Part shown: positions 1 to 9,655 of the stretch, one piece after another
Numbering within the stretch: the stretch's first letter is position 1
How the letters are laid out: each line of letters opens with the position of its first letter
Source of the DNA: Acidobacteriota bacterium
GTDB taxonomy: Bacteria > Acidobacteriota > UBA6911
Direction of reading: 5' to 3'
Length of the DNA stretch: 64,000 nucleotides
Assembly (NCBI GenBank): GCA_050011535.1
Contig: JBEKIX010000002.1
Span: forward strand, 32,365-96,364
The notes under the pieces: model-generated
The model's input: only the letters and a program-made list of their open reading frames with translations
The model's database searches: none
Told to the model about the DNA's origin: nothing
Translations under genes and position numbers: made by a program

Positions 1-1085
1 GGCTCGCGTTAGGAATCGATTTCAAGGGCGGCACCGTGGTAAACCTCAAGTTTAACCAGAGCCCGGATATGGATCAGATCCGCAAGGCGCTGAAGCCGGA
101 GGCAGTCGGCAGCAGCATTATCCAACGCTACGGCAACCTGGCGGATAACGCCGTGATCGTTCGCATGCAGCAGGTCTTTGCGGGTGGCCAGAATGCTGAT
201 GCGGGACGAAAGCAGCTGCAGACGTTGCTGAAGCAGACCTTCGATCCCGAGCACATAGGCTCCAGCCTGATTGATTTCAATAATGTCGGCACGGAGACAC
301 TCGCAAAGAATTTGTTGGATACCGATCCTGACAATTGGGCGAGCCAGGGCAAATCCGCACAAGAGATACAGACGCATTACCGCGATCTGGCAGCCGCCAT
401 GATCAACTACCGCGACAAAATTGGCGGAGGCATCGTTGGCTCGCTGGACAATCTGAGGAGCGTGTCTGGTGTGAGTTCCGCTGTCCAGGCGAGCATGTCG
501 AAGACGTTCTATGCCGGACCATTTGCGGTGCCCGGCAACCACAGCGTGGGGGCGGTTGTAGGTTCCGACTTGCGGAATCGTGCGGCGCTGGCTGTCAGTC
601 TCTCGTTTCTGGGAATGCTGGTTTATATCGGGTTTCGATTCAAACCAATTTATGGAGTGGGCGCCATCGTTGCGCTCTTTCATGACATATTGATTACGTT
701 GGGGCTGTTCGCGCTGACCCAGAAGGAAATTTCCTTGACCGTCATCGCGGCGCTCTTGACGCTGACCGGTTATTCGGTCAACGACACCATCGTGGTTTTC
801 GACCGCGTCCGAGAGAACCTCAGGACGATGCGCAAGGAATCGCTCACGCGTGTGCTCAACCTGAGTATCAATCAGACGCTCTCCCGGACTATCATGACTT
901 CAGGGATGACGTTTTTGTCCGTGTTTGCACTTCTCGTTTTCGGCGGGGAAGTGTTAAGCGGCTTCTCGTTTGCCCTGACCGTAGGGATTATCATAGGCAC
1001 GTATTCGAGCATCGCCATCGCCTCGCCGATCGTCGAGTGGTGGTACCGGACGGCGGAGTTGAAGGCGAAGACCAGGGCGGCCTAA
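1..1085 (+). CDS. secF: protein-export membrane protein SecF (5' end upstream of window; C-terminal part of SecDF)
   Basis: Frame open from base 3 and translates LALGIDFKGGTVVNLKF..., matching a SecF N-terminus. A C-terminal multi-TM region follows (IGFRFKPIYGVGAIVALFHDILITLGLF...). The ORF-track entry 36..1085 merely begins at an internal GTG. Confidence 0.85.
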   Translation, partial: LALGIDFKGGTVVNLKFNQSPDMDQIRKALKPEAVGSSIIQRYGNLADNAVIVRMQQVFAGGQNADAGRKQLQTLLKQTFDPEHIGSSLIDFNNVGTETLAKNLLDTDPDNWASQGKSAQEIQTHYRDLAAAMINYRDKIGGGIVGSLDNLRSVSGVSSAVQASMSKTFYAGPFAVPGNHSVGAVVGSDLRNRAALAVSLSFLGMLVYIGFRFKPIYGVGAIVALFHDILITLGLFALTQKEISLTVIAALLTLTGYSVNDTIVVFDRVRENLRTMRKESLTRVLNLSINQTLSRTIMTSGMTFLSVFALLVFGGEVLSGFSFALTVGIIIGTYSSIAIASPIVEWWYRTAELKAKTRAA

Positions 1086-1170
1086 ACCGTGAAAAAGGCG
1101 CGTAAGATCCGCGCATTTCGAGGAGCTCTCTGCAGGGTCTGAGATTGAGGCGCACGCGGGCAGAATCTTC

Positions 1171-1199
1171 TTGACAGTTTTTACAGGCCGATATTAAGA
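1171..1199 (+). promoter_or_regulatory. sigma70-like promoter upstream of the tonB-exbB-exbD operon (TTGACA then a TATTAA/TAAGAT region)
   Basis: Perfect -35 TTGACA at 1171-1176. An AT-rich -10-like hexamer lies 15-17 nt downstream and about 70 nt upstream of the tonB ATG. Confidence 0.4.
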
Positions 1200-1267
1200 T
1201 CGCGCTTCCGATCGGCACCGCGTATAAACCCCAATCTATGGCCCGAGGGCAGTATACGGGAGAAACA

Positions 1268-2023
1268 ATGTTTGAAACTTTAGATCAGACCACTGGCAAG
1301 GATCTAACGAGACGTCTACTGACGCTCGTGATTTCCCTTGTGGCGCACGTGATCGTAGTCATTGTGATTGTGATTTTGCCGTTGGTATTTTTCAACGTGC
1401 TTCCGGAAGGCGAGCTGTTGACGTTTTTGATCGCGCCGCCGCCGCCGCCACCGCCACCACCACCTCCGCCGCCACCGCCCTCACAAAACAGGGTCGTTCA
1501 GGTTCAGAAGGTCCAGGTGGATCCGACGAAATTCGTGGCGCCGACCGAGATACCGAAGGAAATTCCGCCACCAGTAGATGAACCGCCGGTGGTTGGAGTC
1601 AGCGGTGTTATCGGCGGAGTGGCCGGAGGAATCGTAGGCGGAACTGTCGGGAGTGTCGGAGGGGTCGCCAGCGGGTTGCTGGGTGGAGCACCGCCGCCGC
1701 CACCGCCGCCGCCACCGCGTCCCAAGAAAATCGATCCTGTGCGCGTGGGAGGGCAGGTCCAGGAATCCAAGATTATCCGGAAAGTTCTACCGGTCTATCC
1801 CGAACTCGCAAAACGCGCACGTGTGGAGGCGACCGTCATACTCGAAGTCAACGTGGATGAGGAGGGGAACGTCATCAACGTTCGTGTGCTCCGGAGTCAT
1901 CCTCTGCTCGAGCAGGCCGCAATCGATGCCGTGAAACAATGGAAGTATTCACCTACCCTTTTGAATGGAGAGCCCGTCCCGGTTGTTGCTACTGTGACGG
2001 TGGAATTCAAACTTAGCAAATAA
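1268..2023 (+). CDS. tonB: energy transducer TonB (N-terminal TM anchor, two poly-Pro tracts flanking a Gly-rich spacer, C-terminal TonB_C domain)
   Basis: ATG at 1268 is preceded by GGGAGA 8 nt upstream; the ORF-track start 1238 lacks an RBS. The TM helix is LVISLVAHVIVVIVIVILPLVFF, followed by 17 consecutive Pro. The C-terminal motif is ...PVYPELAKRARVEATVILEVNVDEEGNV..NVRVL.S..LLEQAAIDAVKQWKY.P. The gene is followed directly by exbB and exbD. Confidence 0.8.
   Translation: MFETLDQTTGKDLTRRLLTLVISLVAHVIVVIVIVILPLVFFNVLPEGELLTFLIAPPPPPPPPPPPPPPPSQNRVVQVQKVQVDPTKFVAPTEIPKEIPPPVDEPPVVGVSGVIGGVAGGIVGGTVGSVGGVASGLLGGAPPPPPPPPPRPKKIDPVRVGGQVQESKIIRKVLPVYPELAKRARVEATVILEVNVDEEGNVINVRVLRSHPLLEQAAIDAVKQWKYSPTLLNGEPVPVVATVTVEFKLSK
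1436..1486 (+). repeat. (CCG/CCA)17 proline-codon microsatellite inside tonB; a second (CCG)n tract lies at 1691-1723
   Basis: Uninterrupted run gcg ccg ccg ccg ccg cca ccg cca cca cca cct ccg ccg cca ccg ccc encodes 17 Pro. A second run encodes PPPPPPPPPRP. Confidence 0.9.
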
Positions 2024-2048
2024 CCCACTTGGAGGTTAGAGGAAATCG

Positions 2049-2726
2049 ATGGGAATTAACATAGTCGAACTGTGGAGTTCCATGGGCGTGGTTGCCAAAT
2101 TCGTGGTAGGCATCCTTGCTATCATGTCGGCCTATTCGATCAGCATCATGATCGAGAGATGGCTTACGTATCGTCAGGCGCGCAATCAGTCGCGCGTTTT
2201 CACCCCTGCGGTTGCCGAGTGCCTGAAGGAAGGCAAAATCGAGGAAGCGATCGCTCTTGGCGAGCAGAATAACAAGAGCCATCTCGCGAAGGTTCTGATC
2301 TCCGGGCTTCATGAGCTGCAGGCTCACGCCAAAAGCAAAGAGATTCCGGGCGAGACCATTGAATCTGCCAAGAGAGCCTTGGATCGCGCAACAGCCATCG
2401 GGATTTCCGATCTGAAGCGAGGTTTGGGTGGTTTGGCGACGATTGGTTCCACCGCACCGTTCGTAGGATTGTTCGGAACGACGGTCGGTATCATCAACGC
2501 TTTCCAGGGGATGAAGACCGAGGAAACCGCTGGAATCGCAGCTGTGGCCGGCGGTATCGCGGAAGCGTTGGTGACGACGGCATTCGGTCTGTTCGTCGCG
2601 GTTCCTGCGGTGTGGGCTTATAACGCCTTCACGAACCGGATCGAGACCTTTACGATCGAGATGGACAACTCGTCTTCCGAATTGATCGATTACTTCCTTA
2701 AGAAGCGGGGTCAGATCGGTGGCTAA
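2049..2726 (+). CDS. exbB: MotA/TolQ/ExbB proton-channel protein
   Basis: RBS GGAGG lies upstream. The protein has three TM segments and the conserved C-terminal region GLGGLATIGSTAPFVGLFGTTVGIINAF...AGIAEALVTTAFGLFVAVPAVWAYN. Confidence 0.85.
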   Translation: MGINIVELWSSMGVVAKFVVGILAIMSAYSISIMIERWLTYRQARNQSRVFTPAVAECLKEGKIEEAIALGEQNNKSHLAKVLISGLHELQAHAKSKEIPGETIESAKRALDRATAIGISDLKRGLGGLATIGSTAPFVGLFGTTVGIINAFQGMKTEETAGIAAVAGGIAEALVTTAFGLFVAVPAVWAYNAFTNRIETFTIEMDNSSSELIDYFLKKRGQIGG

Positions 2727-3135
2727 ACATATATCTACGGGCAAGGTAACCAGCGACATCAATGTCACGCCAATGGCTGACATTATGCTGGTGTTGTTGA
2801 TCATCTTCATGATCACCACGCCGTTGCTCCAGCAGGGAATCAGCGTGAATCTTCCCAAAGCCAAGTTCCCGCTGGAGGCGCCAGATGCGGACTCGAAAGA
2901 GGCTGTTGTGGTGGCCTTAGACCGGCAGGGGCGCGTGTATCTGGGAAAGAACCAGACAACGGAATCTGCCCTGCTGGATGCTCTGACCAAGCGCTTTGGC
3001 GGCGGCGAGATCAATAAGGTCATGTACTTGAAGGCCGACACGGCCGTACTCTATGGGCGCGTCGTTGAGGTCGTAAACGAGTGCCGCAAAACCGGTGTCG
3101 AACGAATCGGCCTAATGACGGAAAAAGAAAAATAG
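2719..3135 (+). CDS. exbD: biopolymer transport protein ExbD/TolR (copy 1)
   Basis: GTG start overlaps the exbB stop. Signature SDINVTPMADIMLVLLIIFMITTP is present. Confidence 0.8.
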   Translation: MAKHISTGKVTSDINVTPMADIMLVLLIIFMITTPLLQQGISVNLPKAKFPLEAPDADSKEAVVVALDRQGRVYLGKNQTTESALLDALTKRFGGGEINKVMYLKADTAVLYGRVVEVVNECRKTGVERIGLMTEKEK

Positions 3136-3355
3136 CAGCTGCGCCGGCGGCTCCTGGAGTAAGCCTCTCGTGGGAATCGCGCGGTGGTGCTTTCGTCACC
3201 ACGGCGCAGCAGTTTTTCTTGGGCCGGCTGGCTCTTCGCAATCGGCACGCCGAATGCTTGCTGCTTGTGCTGGCCCTATCGGCTGTGTCGTATCCACCAG
3301 TGGGTTATGTGCGGGACCGTAGTTTTAACGGCTGGCAGAAAGGAAGTGTTCTTCC

Positions 3356-3769
3356 ATGTCAATGGCGGTTGGTATCAACAAAGGCCCGAAGTCGGATATT
3401 AATATCACTCCCTACATCGATATCCTGCTCGTGCTTCTCATTATCTTTATGGTCATTACCCCGGTTCGGCAGCAGGACCTTGAGGTCAAGGTGCCACAAC
3501 CTGCTCAAGATGAGGGCAACAAGACGCCTCCACCTGCGGACGTGATCGTGGTATCGATGTCGGAAACTGCTCAGCTGGCTATTAATCAGGAGCCTACCTC
3601 CATCATAGAATTGGGATCAAAGCTCCGCGATATTTATAGCGCCCGGGCAAACAAGAACATGTTTATCAGCGCGAGCGCCAAGCTGCCTTACGGAGATGTC
3701 GTCAAGATCATCGACATCGCGAAAGGCGCGGGCGTGCTTGATGTGGGGCTTCTCACCGAACTGCGATAG
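3356..3769 (+). CDS. exbD: biopolymer transport protein ExbD/TolR (copy 2)
   Basis: Signature SDINITPYIDILLVLLIIFMVITP is present. The gene follows a 220-nt spacer that contains a hairpin and a T-tract. Confidence 0.8.
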   Translation: MSMAVGINKGPKSDINITPYIDILLVLLIIFMVITPVRQQDLEVKVPQPAQDEGNKTPPPADVIVVSMSETAQLAINQEPTSIIELGSKLRDIYSARANKNMFISASAKLPYGDVVKIIDIAKGAGVLDVGLLTELR

Positions 3770-3820
3770 GCGAGCAATCGGTCCGCTTCGCGCTATTACT
3801 GAAATTGTCTGGAGGCCATA

Positions 3821-4603
3821 ATGAGGGTCAACAAGAAGTGGCTTGTTATTTTTGCACTTGCGGCGATGATACCCCTTTCGGGCTGCGGCTTCGTCACGAA
3901 ACTCCGCGCTCGCGATAAGCTCAACAAGGGCGTCAAGGCGTTCGCGGAGCAGAAGTACGAGGAGGCCGCTAAACTGTTCGAAGATTCCATTGCGCTCGAC
4001 CCCGAGTTTAATGTCGCCAAGATGTATTTGGCCACTTCGTATACATCGCAATTCGTGCCGGGCTCTCCGGATCCAAAGAGCACGGAGATGGCCAATAAAG
4101 CCATCAAGACTTTTGAGAGCATCCTGGAGACTGAGCCCAGAAGTATTAATGCGATGCTGAGCATCGCCAGCCTTTACTATCAGCTCGACAATTCCGCGGA
4201 ATCGAAGAAGTGGTGTGGAAAAATTCAAGCAATCGATCCGACCAACGCAGAATCGCTCTATCGAGTCGCCGTGATCGACTACAACGACTCCTACAAGAAG
4301 ACCGGCATTCAAGGAGAAAACGTAGAATTCCTCACGACGGAAGATAAGCAGAAAACGCTCAGCGATATCCAGGAGGGGTTGGATTGCATCGAAAAGGCCC
4401 TGAAAATCAGGCCTGACTATTTTGACGCCATGGATTACGAGAATCTCCTCTGGCGAGAAAAAGCCAAGTTTGAAAAGGATGCCAAGGCCAGAGCCGAGTT
4501 GATTCGTAATGCGGATCTCATCTCGCAGAAGGCGCTGACAATGCACCTCAGGGCGGCGGAGGAAGAGGCCAAGAAACCCAAGAAACTTGCTCCTGGAAAA
4601 TAG
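3821..4603 (+). CDS. TPR-repeat lipoprotein (lipobox LSGC), last gene of the ton cluster
   Basis: Signal peptide MRVNKKWLVIFALAAMIPLSGCG is followed by TPR-like helical repeats. A CpoB/YbgF-like role in the cluster is inference only. Confidence 0.55.
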   Translation: MRVNKKWLVIFALAAMIPLSGCGFVTKLRARDKLNKGVKAFAEQKYEEAAKLFEDSIALDPEFNVAKMYLATSYTSQFVPGSPDPKSTEMANKAIKTFESILETEPRSINAMLSIASLYYQLDNSAESKKWCGKIQAIDPTNAESLYRVAVIDYNDSYKKTGIQGENVEFLTTEDKQKTLSDIQEGLDCIEKALKIRPDYFDAMDYENLLWREKAKFEKDAKARAELIRNADLISQKALTMHLRAAEEEAKKPKKLAPGK

Positions 4604-4755
4604 CCCTTCGCCGTATCAACTTTGCTTGCCTTGGAAGCCGCTGTGCTTCCGATGATTCCTGCTGGGGTACGCCATGAAAGCCCGTGTGGAGGGCAGGCGT
4701 ACCCCATTCCCTGCCTGCTCCTTTTCCTCTATAATAAGTCGTTAGAACGATCTGT

Positions 4756-6936
4756 ATGACTATGATCCGCTTCGAGGACCTTGCTGAGAAGGTGCTGCGC
4801 TATCACCCCGAGGCTCTGGAGTTGGTTCAGCGCGGCTATGTCGTATCCGCAAAGTTCCACAAAGGGCAATTGCGGATGAATGGCGAGCCTTATCTGACGC
4901 ATCCCCTTGAAGTCGCGAACATTCTTGCCGAACTCAAGATGGACGCGGTGACCGTCACTTCCGGTTTGCTTCACGACGTTCTGGAAGACACCCTCATATC
5001 TCCTGAAGAATTGCGCCGCCAGTTTGGAGACGAGGTTTACCAGATTGTCGACGGGGTCACCAAAATATCGCAGGTCTACTTCAGCTCCCGGCACGAGAAA
5101 CAGGCCGAAAACTTCCGGAAAATGCTGCTTGCCATGGTGGGGGACATCCGCGTGCTGTTTGTAAAGCTGGCCGACCGTCTCCACAATATGCGCACCCTGC
5201 AGTATCTACCCCCGGAGCGGCGCGAACGCATATCGCGGGAGACGCTGGACATCTATGTGCCGCTGGCACACCGCCTGGGCATGGGTCTCATTCGAGGAGA
5301 ACTGGAAGACCTGGCATTCAGCTTCCTCGATCCGGTCGCGTATCAGAACACCGTGTCTCTGATCGAAGCGCGTCGTGCGGTCAGTCAGGATTTCATGCAT
5401 GAAACCAAGAAAGCCATCGCCAGCGAACTGGCGGAGTACAACATTCCGGCACGCCTGGAGAGCCGCATCAAGAGGATTTATGGGGTCTACAATAAGATGC
5501 GCGTCCAGAAAATCAGCATTGATGAGGTCTTCGACTTCATTGCGATTCGCGTCATCACCGACACGGTCAAGAACTGCTATACGATACTGGGAATCCTGCA
5601 CAATCTGTGGAAACCTGTTCCCGGACGGATCAAGGACTATATTGCCATCCCCCGTCCCAACCTCTATCAGTCCCTGCACACTTCGGTGGTTGGGAAGAAC
5701 GGGCAGCCGTTCGAAATCCAGATCCGTACCCAGGAGATGCATAGAATCGCGGAGTTCGGCATCGCGGCCCACTGGAAATATAAGGAAGGGAAACTGGGTG
5801 TCGTGGAGGGCGAAGACCAAATCCAATGGCTCAGGCAGCTGATTGATTCCCAAAACGAGATCAGTGATCCTCGCGAGTTTCTCAGCAGCCTCAAGGTCGA
5901 TCTTTACCCGGATGAGGTCTATTGCTTTACGCCCATGGGTGAGGTTATCACCCTGCCACGCGGCGCTACTCCGGTCGACTTCGCCTACGCCATTCACACC
6001 CAGGTGGGGCATCACTGCGTCGGGGCAAAGGTCAATAGCCGGATCATGCCGCTTCGACACAAACTGAAGAACGGCGAAATCGTCGAGATTCTGACCTCCA
6101 AAGACGCAGGACCGAACAGGGACTGGCTGGCCTTCGTCAAGACAGCGCGCGCCCGTAATCGAATCCGGCACTGGGTCAATCAGCAGGAGAGGGAGGATGC
6201 CGCGGAGCTTGGAAAGAAATTGCTCGAAAAGCAGGCCCGCAGGTTCAAAACCAGTTGGAAAAAGATCCTGGGCATGCCCGAGCTTTCTCGAGTGTTGGCC
6301 GATCACGGAATTCAGAAGGCGGAGGATCTGTATCCCGCGGTTGGTTTTGGCAAGATTGCGCCGCGTCATATTCTGGCATCACTTTTTCCTGATCTTGCGC
6401 CTCCCGAGGAAACCCAGGAAAAGAAGTCTGCCATTGCCACCGTCGTCAAGAAGGTACTCGGCAGAGGCGAGGCTCCGATCACCGTTAAAGGACAGGACGG
6501 CCTGCTCGTGTACCGTGCGAAGTGCTGCAACCCGATCCGTGGGGATGAAATTGTCGGCTACATCACGCGGGGGAAGGGTATCTCCGTACACACCACGAAC
6601 TGTCCCAATCTTGTCAACTTCCTCGGGTCGGACCGCATGACGGATGTGGAATGGGTCGATGTTCAGGGCGACGAGATTTTCACGGTCCGGCTCGCCATAT
6701 CGATCGAGGACCGCCAGGGCATCCTTGCCGAGATCACGTCGGCAATCTCGAATCTCAAGACCAACATACGGGAGTCACGCTCAACCACGGGGGAAGGCGG
6801 CCTTGGGACGGTAGATTTGACGGTGGAAATCAATGACATCAAACATCTGCAGAAAATCATCAAGGTGCTAAAGGGCATTCGTGGTATTGACGATGTGGCG
6901 CGCGTGGCTAAGATTCCTGAAGAGGCTCACTACTGA
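4756..6936 (+). CDS. rel: bifunctional (p)ppGpp synthetase/hydrolase Rel/SpoT (HD, RelA_SpoT, TGS and ACT domains)
   Basis: HD motif LLHDVLEDT. Synthetase region includes ...RIKRIYGVYNKMR...IRTQEMHRIAEFGIAAHWKYKE. A TGS and a C-terminal ACT-like region (AISNLKTNIRE) follow. A TATAAT box lies at about 4725. Confidence 0.9.
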   Translation: MTMIRFEDLAEKVLRYHPEALELVQRGYVVSAKFHKGQLRMNGEPYLTHPLEVANILAELKMDAVTVTSGLLHDVLEDTLISPEELRRQFGDEVYQIVDGVTKISQVYFSSRHEKQAENFRKMLLAMVGDIRVLFVKLADRLHNMRTLQYLPPERRERISRETLDIYVPLAHRLGMGLIRGELEDLAFSFLDPVAYQNTVSLIEARRAVSQDFMHETKKAIASELAEYNIPARLESRIKRIYGVYNKMRVQKISIDEVFDFIAIRVITDTVKNCYTILGILHNLWKPVPGRIKDYIAIPRPNLYQSLHTSVVGKNGQPFEIQIRTQEMHRIAEFGIAAHWKYKEGKLGVVEGEDQIQWLRQLIDSQNEISDPREFLSSLKVDLYPDEVYCFTPMGEVITLPRGATPVDFAYAIHTQVGHHCVGAKVNSRIMPLRHKLKNGEIVEILTSKDAGPNRDWLAFVKTARARNRIRHWVNQQEREDAAELGKKLLEKQARRFKTSWKKILGMPELSRVLADHGIQKAEDLYPAVGFGKIAPRHILASLFPDLAPPEETQEKKSAIATVVKKVLGRGEAPITVKGQDGLLVYRAKCCNPIRGDEIVGYITRGKGISVHTTNCPNLVNFLGSDRMTDVEWVDVQGDEIFTVRLAISIEDRQGILAEITSAISNLKTNIRESRSTTGEGGLGTVDLTVEINDIKHLQKIIKVLKGIRGIDDVARVAKIPEEAHY

Positions 6937-6979
6937 CCCGTCGCAGTTGGCGATAGAAACCGATTCAAAGGAGTGCTTC

Positions 6980-7357
6980 ATGCGAGAAATCATCAAGACT
7001 GCGCAGGCCCCGGATCCGATTGGACCTTACTCACAGGCAATTCGCGCTAGTGGTTTAATCTTCGTTTCGGGACAGATCCCGATTGATCCGGCGACCAGTT
7101 CAGTGTCAGGCGGGGACATAGCGGTGCAAACGCGACAGGTCATGAGGAACCTCTCCGCGATTCTGGCGGCGGGGGCAAGTGGAATGGACAAAATCGTGAA
7201 GACCACCGTATTTCTGAGCAATCTGGACGATTTTCAGAAGTTCAACGAGGTGTACGCGGAATTCCTTGGAAGCTCGAAGCCGGCACGCGCAACGGTTGAG
7301 GTGTCCCGGCTCCCCAAAGGGGTCTTGATTCAGATCGATGCGATTGCTCTAGCCTGA
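6980..7357 (+). CDS. ridA: RidA/YjgF family reactive-intermediate deaminase
   Basis: AAGGAG RBS precedes the ATG at 6980; the ORF-track start 6881 is an upstream extension. The protein begins MREIIKTAQAPDPIGPYSQAI... Confidence 0.8.
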   Translation: MREIIKTAQAPDPIGPYSQAIRASGLIFVSGQIPIDPATSSVSGGDIAVQTRQVMRNLSAILAAGASGMDKIVKTTVFLSNLDDFQKFNEVYAEFLGSSKPARATVEVSRLPKGVLIQIDAIALA

Positions 7358-7364
7358 TCGCACG

Positions 7365-7441
7365 AAGGGGGCATTTCGCTTTTCCAACTCCCGGGCGGAA
7401 AGAACGGCCGCGAGACTGGAAAATCGGAATGCCCCCTTTTT
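7365..7441 (+). terminator. long-range hairpin plus U-tract downstream of ridA
   Basis: AAGGGGGCATT (7365-7375) pairs with AATGCCCCCTT (7428-7438) across a 52-nt loop. TTTTT follows. Confidence 0.35.
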
Positions 7442-7611
7442 GCGAAGATTCCGCCGTGCAATGAAATGTGGGCGTTAAGCCTTCGTCACTTTTCCGGAGC
7501 GCAGGCAACGCGTGCAAACGCGAACTCGCTTAACCGCACCCTTTTCCACAATGCGAACGCTTTGGAGGTTGGGATAGAACTTTCGTGAACGAACGTTGTG
7601 CGCGTGCGAAA

Positions 7612-7637
7612 CCGTGTGTCCGAACACGGGGCTTTTT
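7612..7637 (+). terminator. intrinsic terminator-like hairpin (CCGTGT-gtccga-ACACGG then GGCTTTTT)
   Basis: 6-bp GC-rich stem, 6-nt loop and a T5 tail on the + strand. No annotated + strand gene ends here. Confidence 0.45.
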
Positions 7638-7783
7638 GCGCAAGAATAACATTGCATCGGCATAAACCGTCTCCACTCAGAGGCCGTAATGCTATCAGTC
7701 GGGGCGCGGCCAGTCAACAGACAATGCGGGGTGCTCGGGCTGCGCTGACGCAGGCCTTCTTCAGGCGCTGCCGAGAGCACAGC

Positions 7784-8596
7784 TTATCCCACTAAGTCCT
7801 CGCCGCCGTCGATTCCGAGAACATTCCCTGTCATCCAGTTCGAATCGCAGGAAACCAGCGCGACAATAGTCCGAGCGACATCGTCGGGCGTTGTCAGGCG
7901 CTTCCCGGGATTAAACGAGAGAGCTTGCGCAAACATACGGTCGCTCCCGGGGATCTTCCGTGCCGCCGGTGTGTCGGTCACGCCCGCACGCAATGCATTG
8001 GCGCTGATGCCGTAGGGTGCAAGTTCAACCGCCAACTGCCTGACGTGAGCCTCGAGAGCAGCCTTCGCGGCAGAGACGGCTCCATAGCCCGGCCAAACGC
8101 GGTGTCCGCCGGCGCTGGTCATGGCAAAGATCTTGGCACCTTCTCTCAGCATACCCGTCGTATACAGATCCTGGACCCAGTAGACCAGGCTGTGCGCCAT
8201 CACGTCGAGTGTCATATTCATATCGGCCGTGCGAATGGCTTTTTCGCTTTCGGAGGAAATGTAGGGTTTTAGAGTGCCGAATGCCAGGGAGTGAAGTAGA
8301 ACCTCGATGCAACCGCCGCGCGATGGTTCACCGATCTCCTCGCGGCAACGCTGAATGACCTCGGCACGCCTGATGGGATCCGCGGCATTCACGTTGAAAA
8401 AGATGGCCTTTTGGTTCATGGCATGAATGTCGGAAAGGACCCGCTCGGCGGCTGCAAGCGTGGCACGCCTGTCCAGATGCACGCCGAAAACATGATAGCC
8501 GCTGCGAGCCAAGGCAAGGCTCGCGGCTGCGCCAAACCCGCTTGAAGCACCCAGGATGAGCGCCCATTTTTCTCGAGTCGAATTGTCAGCCGTCAT
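7784..8596 (-). CDS. SDR-family oxidoreductase (enoyl-reductase-like short-chain dehydrogenase)
   Basis: Start reassigned to the ATG at 8596, which has GGAGGA 5 nt upstream. Gly-rich dinucleotide-binding motif [12 protein letters not shown] and catalytic Y..K motif (YGAVSAAK) are present. The ORF-track N-terminal extension is rejected. Confidence 0.7.
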   Translation of the reverse strand: MTADNSTREKWALILGASSGFGAAASLALARSGYHVFGVHLDRRATLAAAERVLSDIHAMNQKAIFFNVNAADPIRRAEVIQRCREEIGEPSRGGCIEVLLHSLAFGTLKPYISSESEKAIRTADMNMTLDVMAHSLVYWVQDLYTTGMLREGAKIFAMTSAGGHRVWPGYGAVSAAKAALEAHVRQLAVELAPYGISANALRAGVTDTPAARKIPGSDRMFAQALSFNPGKRLTTPDDVARTIVALVSCDSNWMTGNVLGIDGGEDLVG

Positions 8597-8776
8597 GATT
8601 CCTCCTTGAAAAGCACCCAAAATATTAGGGAGCGCGCAGCAGGATTGCAACCGGATTGCATCTCGAAGGTTGCGCGCGGTATCGACAGAGGTGTAAGATT
8701 TCTCGCTCACCGGAACCCATTGCGGGTTAGATATAGTGTTTGCCATTCAAACAGAGTAGCTCGTGGGAGAGGGATC

Positions 8777-9655
8777 ATGGAAACAGCAAAGATAGGGATT
8801 GTCGGCGTGGTCGGATCGGGCACGATGGGAAGCGGCATCGCTCAGGTATTTGCTCAAGCCGGCTATCTAGTGCACCTGTCGGACGTTCGCCAGGATCTTC
8901 TCGAGCGCGCTCTCAAGACAATTGAGAAAAGCCTGGATCGCTTCGTGCAAAAGGGCAGCCTTACCGTGCCGGATCGTAACTCGACCTTGAGCCGGATATC
9001 ACCGGCTCCGGGATTATCGGCTTTTTCCACGTGTGGCCTGGCTGTCGAAGCAGTGAATGAGAATTTCGCGATCAAGCGGGCGGTCCTGCAGGAGCTGGAT
9101 GCTATTTGCGAGCAGGATGCCATCCTGGCTACCAACACCTCGTCAATCTCCATTACCAAACTGGCTGCTGCAACCAAGAGACCGGATCGCTTCATCGGGA
9201 TGCACTTCATGAATCCGGTCCCACTCATGAAACTCGTAGAGATCATTCGTGGGCTGGAGACATCCGATGCCACCTGCCGACAAATCATGGACCTCGCGGC
9301 CGCACTTGGAAAGACGCCCGTGGAAGTGCGCGATTATCCCGGTTTTATCTCGAATCGGGTCCTCCTTCCCATGATCAACGAGGCCGTGTTTGCGTTGATG
9401 GAAGGCGTTGCCTCCCGCGAAGCCATCGATACCGTGATGAAGCTGGGCATGAATCATCCCATGGGACCATTGACGCTGGCCGATTTCATCGGGCTGGACG
9501 TGTGCCTCGACATCTTGCGCGTGATGCATGAAGGCCTTGGCGACCCGAAGTACCGGCCCTGCCCGCTCCTGATCAAAATGGTGGATGCCGGCCTGCTCGG
9601 GCGTAAAACAGGCCGCGGTTTCTATGATTATCGAGAAAAGGAAGGAAAAGCCTAA
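8777..9655 (+). CDS. hbd: 3-hydroxybutyryl-CoA / 3-hydroxyacyl-CoA dehydrogenase
   Basis: Begins [24 protein letters not shown] (NAD-binding GxGxxG). A 3HCDH C-terminal domain is present. ATG at 8777 is preceded by GGGAGAGGGA. Confidence 0.8.
   Translation: METAKIGIVGVVGSGTMGSGIAQVFAQAGYLVHLSDVRQDLLERALKTIEKSLDRFVQKGSLTVPDRNSTLSRISPAPGLSAFSTCGLAVEAVNENFAIKRAVLQELDAICEQDAILATNTSSISITKLAAATKRPDRFIGMHFMNPVPLMKLVEIIRGLETSDATCRQIMDLAAALGKTPVEVRDYPGFISNRVLLPMINEAVFALMEGVASREAIDTVMKLGMNHPMGPLTLADFIGLDVCLDILRVMHEGLGDPKYRPCPLLIKMVDAGLLGRKTGRGFYDYREKEGKA

Noticed and set aside
9-683. 224-codon minus-strand ORF at the window start
   Set aside because: Antisense to secF. No motifs.
2013-3041. 342-codon minus-strand ORF
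   Set aside because: Antisense to exbB and exbD, which have canonical + strand motifs and RBSs.
1238-3769. Interpreting the tonB-exbB-exbD-exbD-TPR cluster as a Tol-Pal system
   Set aside because: There is no tolB or pal, and the first gene has a TonB C-terminal domain signature rather than TolA domain III. The TPR lipoprotein resembles CpoB only in being TPR-rich.
5206-6369. 387-codon minus-strand ORF
   Set aside because: Antisense to rel/spoT, which carries HD, synthetase, TGS and ACT signatures on the + strand.
8606-8776. ORF-track N-terminal extensions for hbd (8606), hpf (33279), era (45639), ridA (6881), SDR (to 8746) and DUF2085 (to 52244)
   Set aside because: Each extension overlaps the upstream gene or a promoter region and lacks an RBS. 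Internal ATGs with good Shine-Dalgarno sequences coincide with the expected family N-termini.
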